From Dehalococcoidia bacterium (GTDB lineage: Bacteria; Chloroflexota; Dehalococcoidia; GIF9; UBA5629): DNA of 64,000 bases. Below the pieces are notes generated by a model that was not told the origin of the DNA, ran no database searches, and saw nothing but the letters and a program-made list of their open reading frames with translations. How positions within the stretch are numbered: the first letter of the stretch is position 1; each line of letters starts with the position of its first letter. The position numbers were made by a program, and so were the translations under genes. The DNA lies in contig JBEKIW010000005.1 of the NCBI GenBank assembly GCA_050011565.1, positions 32,001-96,000 on the forward strand. Direction: 5' to 3'. Below are positions 7,902-16,897 of the stretch, piece after piece.

Positions 7902-8957
7902 ATGCGGCAATGGAAATTATACCTAATTATAGTCCCGTCCTTAGTCTTTCTATTGTTTGCCACGATGGCAGCATGCTCTCAACCACCGGCAACTATTGAA
8001 AATCAGCCTGTCAGCCAGAAGCCTGCAGAATTCGAAGTAGGCCCCATTACTTTTGAGCCGGCCACGGTCATGGTCGGTGGTTTATTTGCTGCCACTGCAA
8101 CAGTCAAGAATACTGGAGATATTGCCGGCACTTACACAGCAACGCTATCTGTCAATGGGCAACAGGTTGACAGTAAAGTCATTCCGGTTGACCCGGGAGG
8201 TAGCCAACAGACCAGCTTTCAGCTTTCAAAGTCAACCGCCGGCAGCTATAAGCTAGCAATAGGCGATTCCAGCATTATACTGACCGTCTATAACTGGAGC
8301 CCGTATAAAATCCAGTACGATGGGTCGGAAGGGGCGCTAACAGGTATCTATGTAAGCGGAGACAACGGACATATAGTTCGCTTCACTCCTCCTAACAATA
8401 CCTTCAGAATTCAAAAAATCAAAATTTTTGGGTTTGCTAAAGTAAGAGACACCTATGAATTCGACAAAAACCATGTCACGATAAGAATTTGGGATAGGGA
8501 AGGAAACAACCAGCTATGGTCTCAAGATTTCCCCTGGCGTTTGTTCCTGGGCGGTAGCTGGCAAGATATAAAAGTGCCTGACATACGTGTGAACGATGAT
8601 TTCGAAGTGGAAATAGTCACACACAGCGATCCTGCCGGGGGAGATTCCATTGGCTTTGTCTCTTTCGGTGAGGTCCCTCCCGAAACAATTGGTAGTGCTG
8701 GGGGAGTTTTCGTCTTCCAGCCAGCTGGAGAGAAGATTCCAAGCGTTATCTGTATTGGTTTCGATTATCCTCAATCTTACACGTCATCACCTTCGAACCG
8801 CCCAGAAACGCGTTCCGGCTACTCCTATATGGGTAAACTAATTGACCCGGGCCAAGGCAGATTGAAAGGCATCAATTGGCTAATCCAGGTTGAAGGCGAA
8901 GGTGAGGGGGTAACTAAAGCTGTGGGTTCGAATCCTTCCCACGGCACTGTTATCTAA
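7902..8957 (+). CDS. Putative lipoprotein with CARDB/Ig-like domain
   Basis: AGGAGG RBS, signal peptide with MAAC lipobox, VKNTGDIAGTYTATLSVNG CARDB-like motif. Confidence 0.75.
   Translation: MRQWKLYLIIVPSLVFLLFATMAACSQPPATIENQPVSQKPAEFEVGPITFEPATVMVGGLFAATATVKNTGDIAGTYTATLSVNGQQVDSKVIPVDPGGSQQTSFQLSKSTAGSYKLAIGDSSIILTVYNWSPYKIQYDGSEGALTGIYVSGDNGHIVRFTPPNNTFRIQKIKIFGFAKVRDTYEFDKNHVTIRIWDREGNNQLWSQDFPWRLFLGGSWQDIKVPDIRVNDDFEVEIVTHSDPAGGDSIGFVSFGEVPPETIGSAGGVFVFQPAGEKIPSVICIGFDYPQSYTSSPSNRPETRSGYSYMGKLIDPGQGRLKGINWLIQVEGEGEGVTKAVGSNPSHGTVI
8921..8948 (+). repeat. att-like copy of the tRNA-Leu(TAA) 3' end
   Basis: TGTGGGTTCGAATCCTTCCCACGGCACT versus tRNA TGTGGGTTCGAGTCCCTCCCTCGGCACT. Confidence 0.8.
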
Positions 8958-9900
8958 GCTTCTTGCCGATAATCGCCTTTACCGCCTGCTCAATGGCTTC
9001 GGCGGTCAGGCCATACCTCTGGAGGAGCTCGTCGGGCTTGCCGGATTTGGCGTAGATATCTTTGATGCCGATGAAAGCCATGGGCACCGGCTTTTCCCTG
9101 ACTACCACCTGGGCCACCCGGCTGCCCAGGCCGCCGTGAAGCAGATGCTCCTCAGCAACCACGATGGCACCCGTCTGCGTCGCTGCTAAGACAATAGCTG
9201 GCTCATCCAGCGGCTTCAAGGTGGCCATGTTTAGTACCCGACAGTCGACACCTTGAGATGCCAGACTTTTGGCGGCTTCCAGCGCTTTGGAAACCATTAT
9301 GCCGCAGGCAATAACGGTTACGTCCTTACCGTCCCTTAACGTTACCGCTTTGCCCAGATTGAAGCGATAACCTTCAGCATTAACTGCCGGAAACTTGGGA
9401 CGGCCCAGCCTGACATAGAACGGGCCGTTTGTAGCGGCGGCAGCCCTTATCGCCTCAGCCGTCTCTATGCCATCCGCCGGCACGACGACATTAAAACCGG
9501 GCAGCGAGCAATAAAGCGCCAGGTCTTCTATGGCGTGATGTGAAGCGCCGTCTTCACCTACAGTAATGCCACCATGTGTAGCTACAATCTTCACATTAAG
9601 CTTCGGCTGGGCAATGCATATCCTGACCTGGTCAAAACAGCGGCAGGCAGCGAAAACAGCGAAGGTGCTGACAAATGGCATTTTCCCCGAGGCGGCAAAC
9701 CCGCCGGCAATGCTCATCATGTTCTGCTCTTCTAAACCACACTGGAAGAACCGCTCAGGGTATTGCTCGGCGAAGTATTTGGTCATCGTCGAGGGGGACA
9801 GGTCAGCATCAAGGACAACTATATCTTTATATTCCTGGCCCAGTTCCACCAGGACTCTGCCGTAAGCTTCCCTGGTGGATAACTCCGCGTAGGCCGTCAT
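8950..9900 (-). CDS. Transketolase, C-terminal subunit
   Basis: DADLSPST, EQNMMSIAGG, GEDGASHHAIED, EEHLLHGGLG. Confidence 0.93.
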   Translation of the reverse strand: MTAYAELSTREAYGRVLVELGQEYKDIVVLDADLSPSTMTKYFAEQYPERFFQCGLEEQNMMSIAGGFAASGKMPFVSTFAVFAACRCFDQVRICIAQPKLNVKIVATHGGITVGEDGASHHAIEDLALYCSLPGFNVVVPADGIETAEAIRAAAATNGPFYVRLGRPKFPAVNAEGYRFNLGKAVTLRDGKDVTVIACGIMVSKALEAAKSLASQGVDCRVLNMATLKPLDEPAIVLAATQTGAIVVAEEHLLHGGLGSRVAQVVVREKPVPMAFIGIKDIYAKSGKPDELLQRYGLTAEAIEQAVKAIIGKKLR

Positions 9901-10739
9901 GCCAGCTCCTTTAAGGCTATCTCAGCTTCCTGTGGGGTAGGCGCCTTGCCATGAAAATCTACATTCCCCTCCATAAAGCTCACGCCCTTGCCCTTAATCG
10001 TGTGGGCGATGATTACTGTCGGCTTTCCTTTCACTTCCCCGGCTTTTTTTAAGGCCTGCAGAATCTCCTTTATGTCATGCCCGTTTATTTCAAGTACATG
10101 CCAGTTAAAGGCACGCCATTTATCTGGCAGCGGTTCAAGGCCCATAATGTCGCAGACACGGCCGCTAAGCTGCAGGTCATTGTGGTCAACTATAGCCGTC
10201 AGATTATCCACTTTATGATGTGGGGCAAACATAGCCGCCTCCCAGACCTGTCCTTCATCGCATTCTCCGTCACCGAGAAGTACGTATACTCGATAGTCCC
10301 GCTTGTCCAGTCTGCCGGCCAGAGAAATGCCGATACCGTAGGACAACCCCTGCCCCAGAGAGCCAGCCGACATCTCCACTCCAGGGGTCAGCGTTCTATC
10401 GGTGTGCCCCTGTAGGCGACTGTCAAGTTTTCTCAGCGTGGAGAGTTCTTCTACAGGAAAGTAGCCGCATTCCGCCAGGGCGGCATAAAGTATTGGGGCG
10501 GCATGCCCTTTGCTTAGTACAAACCGGTCGCGGTCAGGCCACTGTGGGTTTTTGGGGTCGTGGCGCATCACTTTGAAATAAAGTGCAGTGACGATATCAG
10601 CGGCAGAAAGAGAGCCGCCGGGATGGCCGCTGCCCGCCGTGGCTATCATGGTGATGACGTCACGACGCAGCTGTTTGGCCATCTTCTCCAGCTCGGGGAT
10701 CGATAAATCTAATTTGACTCCGGTGCGTGGCTCTGTCAT
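9897..10739 (-). CDS. Transketolase, N-terminal subunit
   Basis: GSGHPGGSLS, DRDRFVLSKGH, GSLGQG, GDGECDEGQVWEA TPP-binding motif. Confidence 0.95.
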   Translation of the reverse strand: MTEPRTGVKLDLSIPELEKMAKQLRRDVITMIATAGSGHPGGSLSAADIVTALYFKVMRHDPKNPQWPDRDRFVLSKGHAAPILYAALAECGYFPVEELSTLRKLDSRLQGHTDRTLTPGVEMSAGSLGQGLSYGIGISLAGRLDKRDYRVYVLLGDGECDEGQVWEAAMFAPHHKVDNLTAIVDHNDLQLSGRVCDIMGLEPLPDKWRAFNWHVLEINGHDIKEILQALKKAGEVKGKPTVIIAHTIKGKGVSFMEGNVDFHGKAPTPQEAEIALKELA

Positions 10740-10792
10740 AGGGTTGATAAATTATAGGCTAGTTAGATAGGAATTGTCTATTTATTTATTAA

Positions 10793-10866
10793 CCTCACCC
10801 CCTACCCCCTCTCCTTGGAAAGGAGAGGGGGAGAAGAAGTCTTACGAAGGGGCTTCGCCCCTTCGT
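10793..10866. repeat. Palindromic double-hairpin repeat (CCCTCTCC...GGAGAGGG type)
   Basis: Perfect 12-bp stem 10805-10816/10820-10831 and 10-bp stem 10844-10853/10857-10866. Confidence 0.7.
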
Positions 10867-10902
10867 GCCTCCCCATTGAGAATATCGGGTTCCTCAATTA
10901 TA

Positions 10903-11751
10903 ATGCTTGAGGTGATTATAGACTTCCATACCCATGTGGTACCGCCGGGAATAAAAGAAAGGCGCGATAAATACCTGGGCCGTGATGCCTGCTTTTCCTC
11001 GCTCTATGCCGAACCCAAAGCTAAGCTGATTACGGCTGAAGAGCTCGTCACGGCCATGGACGAATATGGAATCGACAAGTCGGTGGTACTGAACCTGGGC
11101 TGGACGAGCCACGAGCTCTGTGTTGAGACCAACGATTACATACTGGAGTCCATAGACCGTTTCCCAAAGCGGCTCATCGGCTTCTGCGCTATACAGCCCT
11201 TAGCCGGCGATGAGGCTATCAAAGAACTGGAGCGATGCGCCCGGAATGGTGCCAAAGGCGTCGGTGAAATGAGGCCAGATGTTCAGGGATTTGACTTCAA
11301 GGACAGCTCAGTAATGAAACCCATCATAGAAGCGGTCATGAAACATGGCTTGATTTTCCTGACCCATGCCTCCGAGCCAGTGGGGCATCAGTACTTCGGC
11401 AAGGGCAGGATTACGCCTGAAGTCATTTATCCACTCATTGTAAATTTCCCCGATTTGAAACTGGTATGCGCTCATTGGGGCGGTGGCTTACCCTTCTACT
11501 CCTTGATGCCCGAAATAGGCGAGGCCTTGAACAATGTTTATTTCGATACTGCCGCCACTCCATTCCTGTATAAACCTCAGATTTTCAAGTATGTAACCGA
11601 TATTGTGGGCTCCGACAAAATCCTTTTCGGCAGTGATTACCCCCTCCTGTCGCCGAAACGGATAATAGACCAGCTCGAGTCAATTGAGCTTAGCCCGGGA
11701 GACAGGGCTAAGATTCTCGGAGGCAATGCACGAAGACTGTTGTCCATATAA
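10903..11751 (+). CDS. Amidohydrolase family protein
   Basis: IIDFHTH, GVGEMRP, AHWGGG, YFDTA, ILFGSDYP; the upstream ORF extension only reads through the palindrome. Confidence 0.9.
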   Translation: MLEVIIDFHTHVVPPGIKERRDKYLGRDACFSSLYAEPKAKLITAEELVTAMDEYGIDKSVVLNLGWTSHELCVETNDYILESIDRFPKRLIGFCAIQPLAGDEAIKELERCARNGAKGVGEMRPDVQGFDFKDSSVMKPIIEAVMKHGLIFLTHASEPVGHQYFGKGRITPEVIYPLIVNFPDLKLVCAHWGGGLPFYSLMPEIGEALNNVYFDTAATPFLYKPQIFKYVTDIVGSDKILFGSDYPLLSPKRIIDQLESIELSPGDRAKILGGNARRLLSI

Positions 11752-11784
11752 TTCGGGGCACACTTCTGCGAGGGGTAAAGAGAT

Positions 11785-12372
11785 TTGAGTGAACAGACAG
11801 TCCGGTCTTTTATTGCCATTGAATTGCCGGAAGCGGTTAAAACAGGACTACAGCAGCTTCAAGCCCAGTTGACATTACCCCAGTACAGCTTTGTAAAATG
11901 TGTGGCACCCGAAGGTATGCATCTTACTCTAAAATTCCTGGGCAATATATCGGCTAATAAAGTAACCGATATAACCGGGGCTATGGAACAGGCTAGTCAG
12001 GGAGTTAGCCCCTTTCAGCTACAAATTACTGAGGTGGGTGCCTTTCCTAATTTGAAACGCCCGCGCGTCCTGTGGGTAGGTATAAAGGGCGAGGTGGATA
12101 AACTCGTAAGCTGGCAGCAGCGATTAGACAACGGACTGGTCCCGCTGGGCTTCGCCAAAGAAGCACGACCGTTTACGCCGCACTTGACCTTAGCCCGTCT
12201 GCGAGATAATTGTTCGCCCGTGGACAGCTTGCATCTCGGCGAAACAGTCGCCAATGCACAGGTTAAGGTAAATTATAAATTTACGGTAACTAGCCTGAAT
12301 CTGATGAGAAGCCAGCTTTTGCCAACAGGAGCCGTCTACAGCCGTCTGGCCGAAGTAAAATTAAAAAGCTAG
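11785..12372 (+). CDS. thpR: RNA 2',3'-cyclic phosphodiesterase (2H family)
   Basis: RSFIAI and two HxT motifs, HLTLKFLG and PHLTLAR. Confidence 0.93.
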   Translation: MSEQTVRSFIAIELPEAVKTGLQQLQAQLTLPQYSFVKCVAPEGMHLTLKFLGNISANKVTDITGAMEQASQGVSPFQLQITEVGAFPNLKRPRVLWVGIKGEVDKLVSWQQRLDNGLVPLGFAKEARPFTPHLTLARLRDNCSPVDSLHLGETVANAQVKVNYKFTVTSLNLMRSQLLPTGAVYSRLAEVKLKS

Positions 12373-12467
12373 AGTTGTTGTCGCACCCAGGGCACGATGT
12401 TATAATATCTAGTCTGTCCACGACTGAGACCTGCCAGACCTGAACTGAGCACAGACTGGCAATAGAT

Positions 12468-12542
12468 TCCCGAGTAGCTCAGCGGTAGAGCGGGCGGCTG
12501 TTAACCGCTTGGTCGTAGGTTCGAGTCCTACCTCGGGAGCCA
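12468..12542 (+). tRNA. tRNA-Asn(GTT)
   Basis: TCCCGAG...CTCGGGA-GCCA; anticodon loop CTGTTAA. Confidence 0.96.
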
Positions 12543-12672
12543 ACCCCCACTAAAAAAGAGCCTATGTTCTCCTGGCACAAAGCAGTAACACTATTACTCT
12601 CCTGCCAGTGATATAATAGATATTGAGGCGCTATGCTCCCATTTTCTCTTAGGAACGTCAGTGAGGTTAGTT

Positions 12673-13275
12673 ATGGCTTTACAGGATGAACTAAGGGCAT
12701 TGTTAGACAACAGCATAGAGGAACCACCACTCCAAGTTTTCCTTCAGCAGCACCCTGAGATTTTGATGCGTACGTTTGGCCAGGGAGCGCAGTACTCAGT
12801 AGTGCTCCCTAAATTCCGTCTGGCCGAAGATTTCATTCCAGATTTCGTCATGATTGGACGCCGGTCAGGATCAGCAGGGACATCGTGGGACGTGGACCTA
12901 ATAGAAATCGAGCCTTCCGCCGTAAGGGGGTTATTATTCACTAAGAAGTATCTAGCTCGGGGGCATCTTAGGGTGGCCATGTCACAGGTTGATGACTGGA
13001 AGATATGGATGGAGAAGTACGAGCAGACTATCTTCGTGCCCAAAGCATTTGAGCAGCTCAAGGCAATAGGAGCGTGGGACGACCACCCGGAGTTCTATAC
13101 TCCAACAATTGGCACTCATCAGCATATGATAGTTTGGTATCGCATTATCATTGGACGAAGAAATGATTTCGATGATCGAGGAAATGAATACCGAAATCTT
13201 ATCTTGAAAGAATCTCGCAATAGAGTCGAGATTGTTACATGGGATCGTCTGCTGGACAAAACAAGGCTAATTTAA
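12673..13275 (+). CDS. Shedu (SduA)/DUF4263-like PD-(D/E)xK nuclease
   Basis: E..LQ.FL..HP, IPDF, LIEIE, LFTK, A.SQV.DW, IIIGRR and IVTWDRLL, the motif order of DUF4263. Confidence 0.8.
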   Translation: MALQDELRALLDNSIEEPPLQVFLQQHPEILMRTFGQGAQYSVVLPKFRLAEDFIPDFVMIGRRSGSAGTSWDVDLIEIEPSAVRGLLFTKKYLARGHLRVAMSQVDDWKIWMEKYEQTIFVPKAFEQLKAIGAWDDHPEFYTPTIGTHQHMIVWYRIIIGRRNDFDDRGNEYRNLILKESRNRVEIVTWDRLLDKTRLI

Positions 13276-13311
13276 TCTTGTGGTGCAACCAAATCACAAA
13301 TGGAATAATAT

Positions 13312-13346
13312 CTTGGCCGTAGGTCTGAATCCTACCTCGGGAGCTA
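13312..13346 (+). repeat. att-like copy 1 of the tRNA-Asn 3' end
   Basis: CTTGGCCGTAGGTCTGAATCCTACCTCGGGAGCTA, 30/35 identical to 12508-12542. Confidence 0.88.
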
Positions 13347-13409
13347 CATCACCTTCTCCCAAAGCATATGCTAGGGGAAAAATCACACCGCATTAAGTGA
13401 GGCATAGAA

Positions 13410-14591
13410 ATGGAAAGTTCTGCGCTTACTCCGGAGAAACAATTTCTGAAATATCATGATAGGCTGAGAGAGGAACTCAACTGGGCACATACACATCATG
13501 AAATTTGCAAAACATTAAGAAAGCATAAGTCCGATTACCTGAATGAAATGAATGCAGCCCCTTCATTTTTTGGTTTGACAATCGATGCCCATCTTTTTGC
13601 CACCATAATGAGCATCAATAAATTAATTGATGAGCACTCCAGCAGCTCTCTCAAAATGACGAGGTTTTTTGAATTTATTGAGGGAAACTTCAGTATTTTC
13701 TCAGACGAGTCATACATAAAGCATCTTCGTGTTAAAGGCTACGACGATGAAGATTGTGGGCATTGGCTAAAGAAAAGAACTAAAATTACGCGTGACACTA
13801 TAAAAGAAGATAGGCAGGTCATTAAAAATATACCTATTGAGAATCTGAAGGATTGGAGGGACAAGAAACTTGCACACATAGATGAAAAGTACGTCCTGAC
13901 AGATACCAAAGTATCTCAAAAAAGCCCTATTACAAGCGCTGATATAGATAAAATAATCAATAAATTACACGGGATATTAAATCGTTATTTATTGGCATAT
14001 GACGGTTCGGGATGGGAGATCGGTTTACCCGCTGGAGTATCTGATCAGATAGTGTATGTATTAGACTCAATTAGGTTACACCGACACCAGCATGCAAAGA
14101 AAAGCCTGCCGAAGAGCGCCAAGAAGCCCAATCAAAAGAGGCATTTTATACTTATTCTATATGAACAATTTAAGGAGCTATCAGAGTCCACCGGAATTAT
14201 TTTTTTAATATTCGGAGTTATCTTTTTAGTTCTTGCTGTAGTTTTACTTCAGGTAAATAGCGTTCAAGAAGTTGCATCTAGACTGGTGTTCCCTACGGCA
14301 TTAGCAACGATATCATTAGGAATAGGGTTTATAGCAGTTGGCGTGACAGTCAAGTCTGATAAAAGATATTCTGAGTTATTAGGAAGAATACTTCATCAGG
14401 TAGAAGATTTGCCGTATAAATTAGGTGACAAAGTTAGGCTACCAAGTGTACTTGGTGACTATAGTAAAGAGGCTGCTCAAAAGAGGTTGGATGAAGATAC
14501 AAAAAATAATAGGGGTCAGCCACGTGGTGAATTATTTGAAGTAGAGAAAGGAAAATGGGCAATTTATTGGGGTGGAAAATATCCACTGTAA
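13410..14591 (+). CDS. AbiU2-like HEPN protein fused to a two-TM membrane module
   Basis: AAPSFFGL...IMSINKLID and HEPN Rx4-6H motif WRDKKLAHID; two hydrophobic helices later; visibly AT-rich. Confidence 0.7.
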   Translation: MESSALTPEKQFLKYHDRLREELNWAHTHHEICKTLRKHKSDYLNEMNAAPSFFGLTIDAHLFATIMSINKLIDEHSSSSLKMTRFFEFIEGNFSIFSDESYIKHLRVKGYDDEDCGHWLKKRTKITRDTIKEDRQVIKNIPIENLKDWRDKKLAHIDEKYVLTDTKVSQKSPITSADIDKIINKLHGILNRYLLAYDGSGWEIGLPAGVSDQIVYVLDSIRLHRHQHAKKSLPKSAKKPNQKRHFILILYEQFKELSESTGIIFLIFGVIFLVLAVVLLQVNSVQEVASRLVFPTALATISLGIGFIAVGVTVKSDKRYSELLGRILHQVEDLPYKLGDKVRLPSVLGDYSKEAAQKRLDEDTKNNRGQPRGELFEVEKGKWAIYWGGKYPL

Positions 14592-14706
14592 AGCATGATT
14601 TGGCTAACTATTTTCCTTAGGTCCTACTCATAGGTAGCTTGATTGAGCAGCCACCCGAAAGTGGATGATATGCAGAAGAAGATTCAAAACTATTTTTGTC
14701 CCCAAC

Positions 14707-14925
14707 TTACTTTGTAACAGTCCGCCCATGCTCCTCCAGCCACTTTATAACCTCATTCCAGGACTTGGCCTTTGCTTTTTGGGGAGCTTTCGACTTACGC
14801 CACCTTATTCCACCTTTGCCTACAAGGAACGTTCCAATATTCTTGTCACTACCATCATTGACCTCGAATCTAACCATCTTAGTCCCCTGTAGTTCCTGGT
14901 TTTCCATGCAGATTTTTACTCTCAC
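14707..14925 (-). CDS. Small hypothetical protein (72 aa)
   Basis: AGGAGG RBS 6 nt before GTG; protein-like composition. Confidence 0.65.
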   Translation of the reverse strand: MRVKICMENQELQGTKMVRFEVNDGSDKNIGTFLVGKGGIRWRKSKAPQKAKAKSWNEVIKWLEEHGRTVTK

Positions 14926-15076
14926 AGTTTGCCTCCTATTATATACTCTTGCGAATACGAACTGTAACTACGATTATACACTCGCTCAACACAAAATAGA
15001 AGACCTTATACCGAGTTCTGTCAAGCCGCCCCCGCCGCAGTATCTTGTAGATGGCCTGCCGGCCGAGCCTGTAATA

Positions 15077-15111
15077 CCTGGCCGTAGGTTCGAGTCCTAC
15101 CTCGGGAGCCA
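15077..15111 (+). repeat. att-like copy 2 of the tRNA-Asn 3' end
   Basis: CCTGGCCGTAGGTTCGAGTCCTACCTCGGGAGCCA, 33/35 identical to 12508-12542. Confidence 0.92.
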
Positions 15112-15460
15112 GCTGATTCCACCAGGAGGAAAGGAATGAGATAGGGGGCAATTGTAACCTCCGACCCCAGTGATGTGAAAATGGCGCTATCCCAATTTAG
15201 CTACAGTCATCACATTATTGATATTCCTACTCAATGTGTTAAAATGACGAACGGCTTCGCTGCCTTCAGATAGGCTGTTACTGAAAATTCAGTTTAGCAC
15301 ACAATAAATTAACATTAATTCAAACCCGCTAGAAAACAATTAGAAGGAGGGTAAAACCGTGGCTACGAGCGGACCTATAGCAAAGCGCCATATCAGTAAG
15401 GTTACAAAAATTCAATCTTTCATTAAGCATAGAATTCATGGGGTAAAGGAGTTGTGTTGT

Positions 15461-16897
15461 ATGAAAAACGTAATTCTGCACAAGTTTCTAACTCCCATGG
15501 TATTACTTATCATAGTGAGCACCGTGGCTGCCGGATGTGCTACCCAGGAGGGCACGGTCCAACAAACCATCGACCCGCAGGAGGCCCAGCAGGTCGCCTA
15601 CGATGCCACTGTCTACGGCTTCCCGCTGGTTATCATGGATCTGACCCGGCAGGTCCTCACAGCAGTCCCCGCACCCAACGCGAACGGGGCACCGGTCAAC
15701 CAGTTCGGCAATAAGAAGACATTTCCTGATGCGACTTTTACTAATGTAGTAAACCCTAATGCCGACACGCTTTATTCATCAGCCTGGGTTGATACCGCTA
15801 AAGAGCCGATTATCCTTTCGGTTCCGGATACTCAAGGTCGCTACTACCTGATGCCCATGCTTAATCTCTGGACGGATGTTTTTGGCTCGCCCGGCTCACG
15901 GACTACCGGCACCGGGGCCGGCAATTTTGCCATCACCGGCCCGGATTGGAGCGGTAATTTGCCTGACGGCATCACAGAAATGAAGTCTTCGACCAGGTGG
16001 GTGTGGATAGTCGGGCGCATCGCCTGTACCGGCCCTTCGGACTACGAGGCCGTGTGGAAACTTCAGGACCAGCTGAAGCTGACACCGCTCTCCGCCTGGG
16101 GCACCAATTATGTGCCGCCGACTAATGTCCCTGTCGACCAAGGTGTCAATATCAAAGTGTCTCCTCTCAACCAGTTGCTGACTCTAGATGCGGCCAACTA
16201 TTTCAACTATATCTGCCAGTTGATGGTTGACAACCTTCCCTACGAAGCGGATGCGCCATTACTGGCCAACCTGGCAAATATAGGCATCAAGACTGGAGCT
16301 GACTATAAATCGTATTTTGCCGGGCTGGATGACGGTGTTAAGTCAGCAATTCAAACAGGCTATCAGTCCGCTCTGGCCAAAATTCCTACAGCAAACATGG
16401 GAAACTCAAAAAATGGGTGGCAAATGGTGTACGATACGGGTGATTATGGGACTAACTATATGTTTAGGGCAGCTATAGCTTATCGGGGGCTGGGCGCTAA
16501 TTTAATTGATGATGCTTTCTATGCCTCAGCATCAGCCGGCAGCGATGGAGCTAAATTTTCCAGCGATGATAAATATGTAATTCATTTCAATAAGGATGAG
16601 ATACCACCGGTAAACGGCTTCTGGTCGATTACCATGTACAACGATAAAATTCTATTCGCAGCCAACCCGATCAATAGATACTGTCTGGGCTCTTTAAGTG
16701 ATCCACCTCTTATAAAAAATCTCGATGGCTCGATTGATATTTATATACAGCGTGATTCGCCTGACTCTGCTAAGATGCCAAATTGGCTGCCGACACCGGC
16801 CAGCGGCGATTTTTCATTGACGATTCGCCTGTACTGGCCGCAGGAGGCGGTGCTGGACAAGACCTGGGTACCTCCGGCAGTGCAATTGGTTGAATAG
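15461..16897 (+). CDS. DUF1254/DUF1214 domain lipoprotein
   Basis: AAGC lipobox; YGFPLV, VVNPNADTLYS, GRYY..PMLN.WTD, GSRTTG, PPVNGFWSITMY, NWLP.P...F.L.IRLYWP; start could be GTG 15359. Confidence 0.88.
   Translation: MKNVILHKFLTPMVLLIIVSTVAAGCATQEGTVQQTIDPQEAQQVAYDATVYGFPLVIMDLTRQVLTAVPAPNANGAPVNQFGNKKTFPDATFTNVVNPNADTLYSSAWVDTAKEPIILSVPDTQGRYYLMPMLNLWTDVFGSPGSRTTGTGAGNFAITGPDWSGNLPDGITEMKSSTRWVWIVGRIACTGPSDYEAVWKLQDQLKLTPLSAWGTNYVPPTNVPVDQGVNIKVSPLNQLLTLDAANYFNYICQLMVDNLPYEADAPLLANLANIGIKTGADYKSYFAGLDDGVKSAIQTGYQSALAKIPTANMGNSKNGWQMVYDTGDYGTNYMFRAAIAYRGLGANLIDDAFYASASAGSDGAKFSSDDKYVIHFNKDEIPPVNGFWSITMYNDKILFAANPINRYCLGSLSDPPLIKNLDGSIDIYIQRDSPDSAKMPNWLPTPASGDFSLTIRLYWPQEAVLDKTWVPPAVQLVE

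Larger units (their letters stand above)
7552..8948. mobile_element. Integrase-free genomic islet at the tRNA-Leu(TAA) 3' end
   Basis: Bounded by direct repeats 7552-7579 and 8921-8948 (25/28 identical, T-arm plus acceptor). Confidence 0.7.

Noticed and set aside
7409-7999. ORFs 7427-7999 and 7409-7603
   Set aside because: They read through tRNA genes and are spurious.
8950-10739. Split transketolase as a frameshifted pseudogene
   Set aside because: Two-subunit transketolases are a common natural form, and the ORFs are coupled by an ATGA overlap.
12421-12450. TPP riboswitch (CTGAGA...ACCTGA words)
   Set aside because: The remaining conserved elements are missing, and it precedes a tRNA rather than a thiamine gene.
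14600-14640. A further att copy (TTGGC...GTCCTAC) after the HEPN gene
   Set aside because: Only a 7-bp match, too short to distinguish from chance.
15040-15111. A second complete tRNA-Asn
   Set aside because: Only the T-arm and 3' acceptor strand match; there is no 5' acceptor strand, D-arm or anticodon stem.
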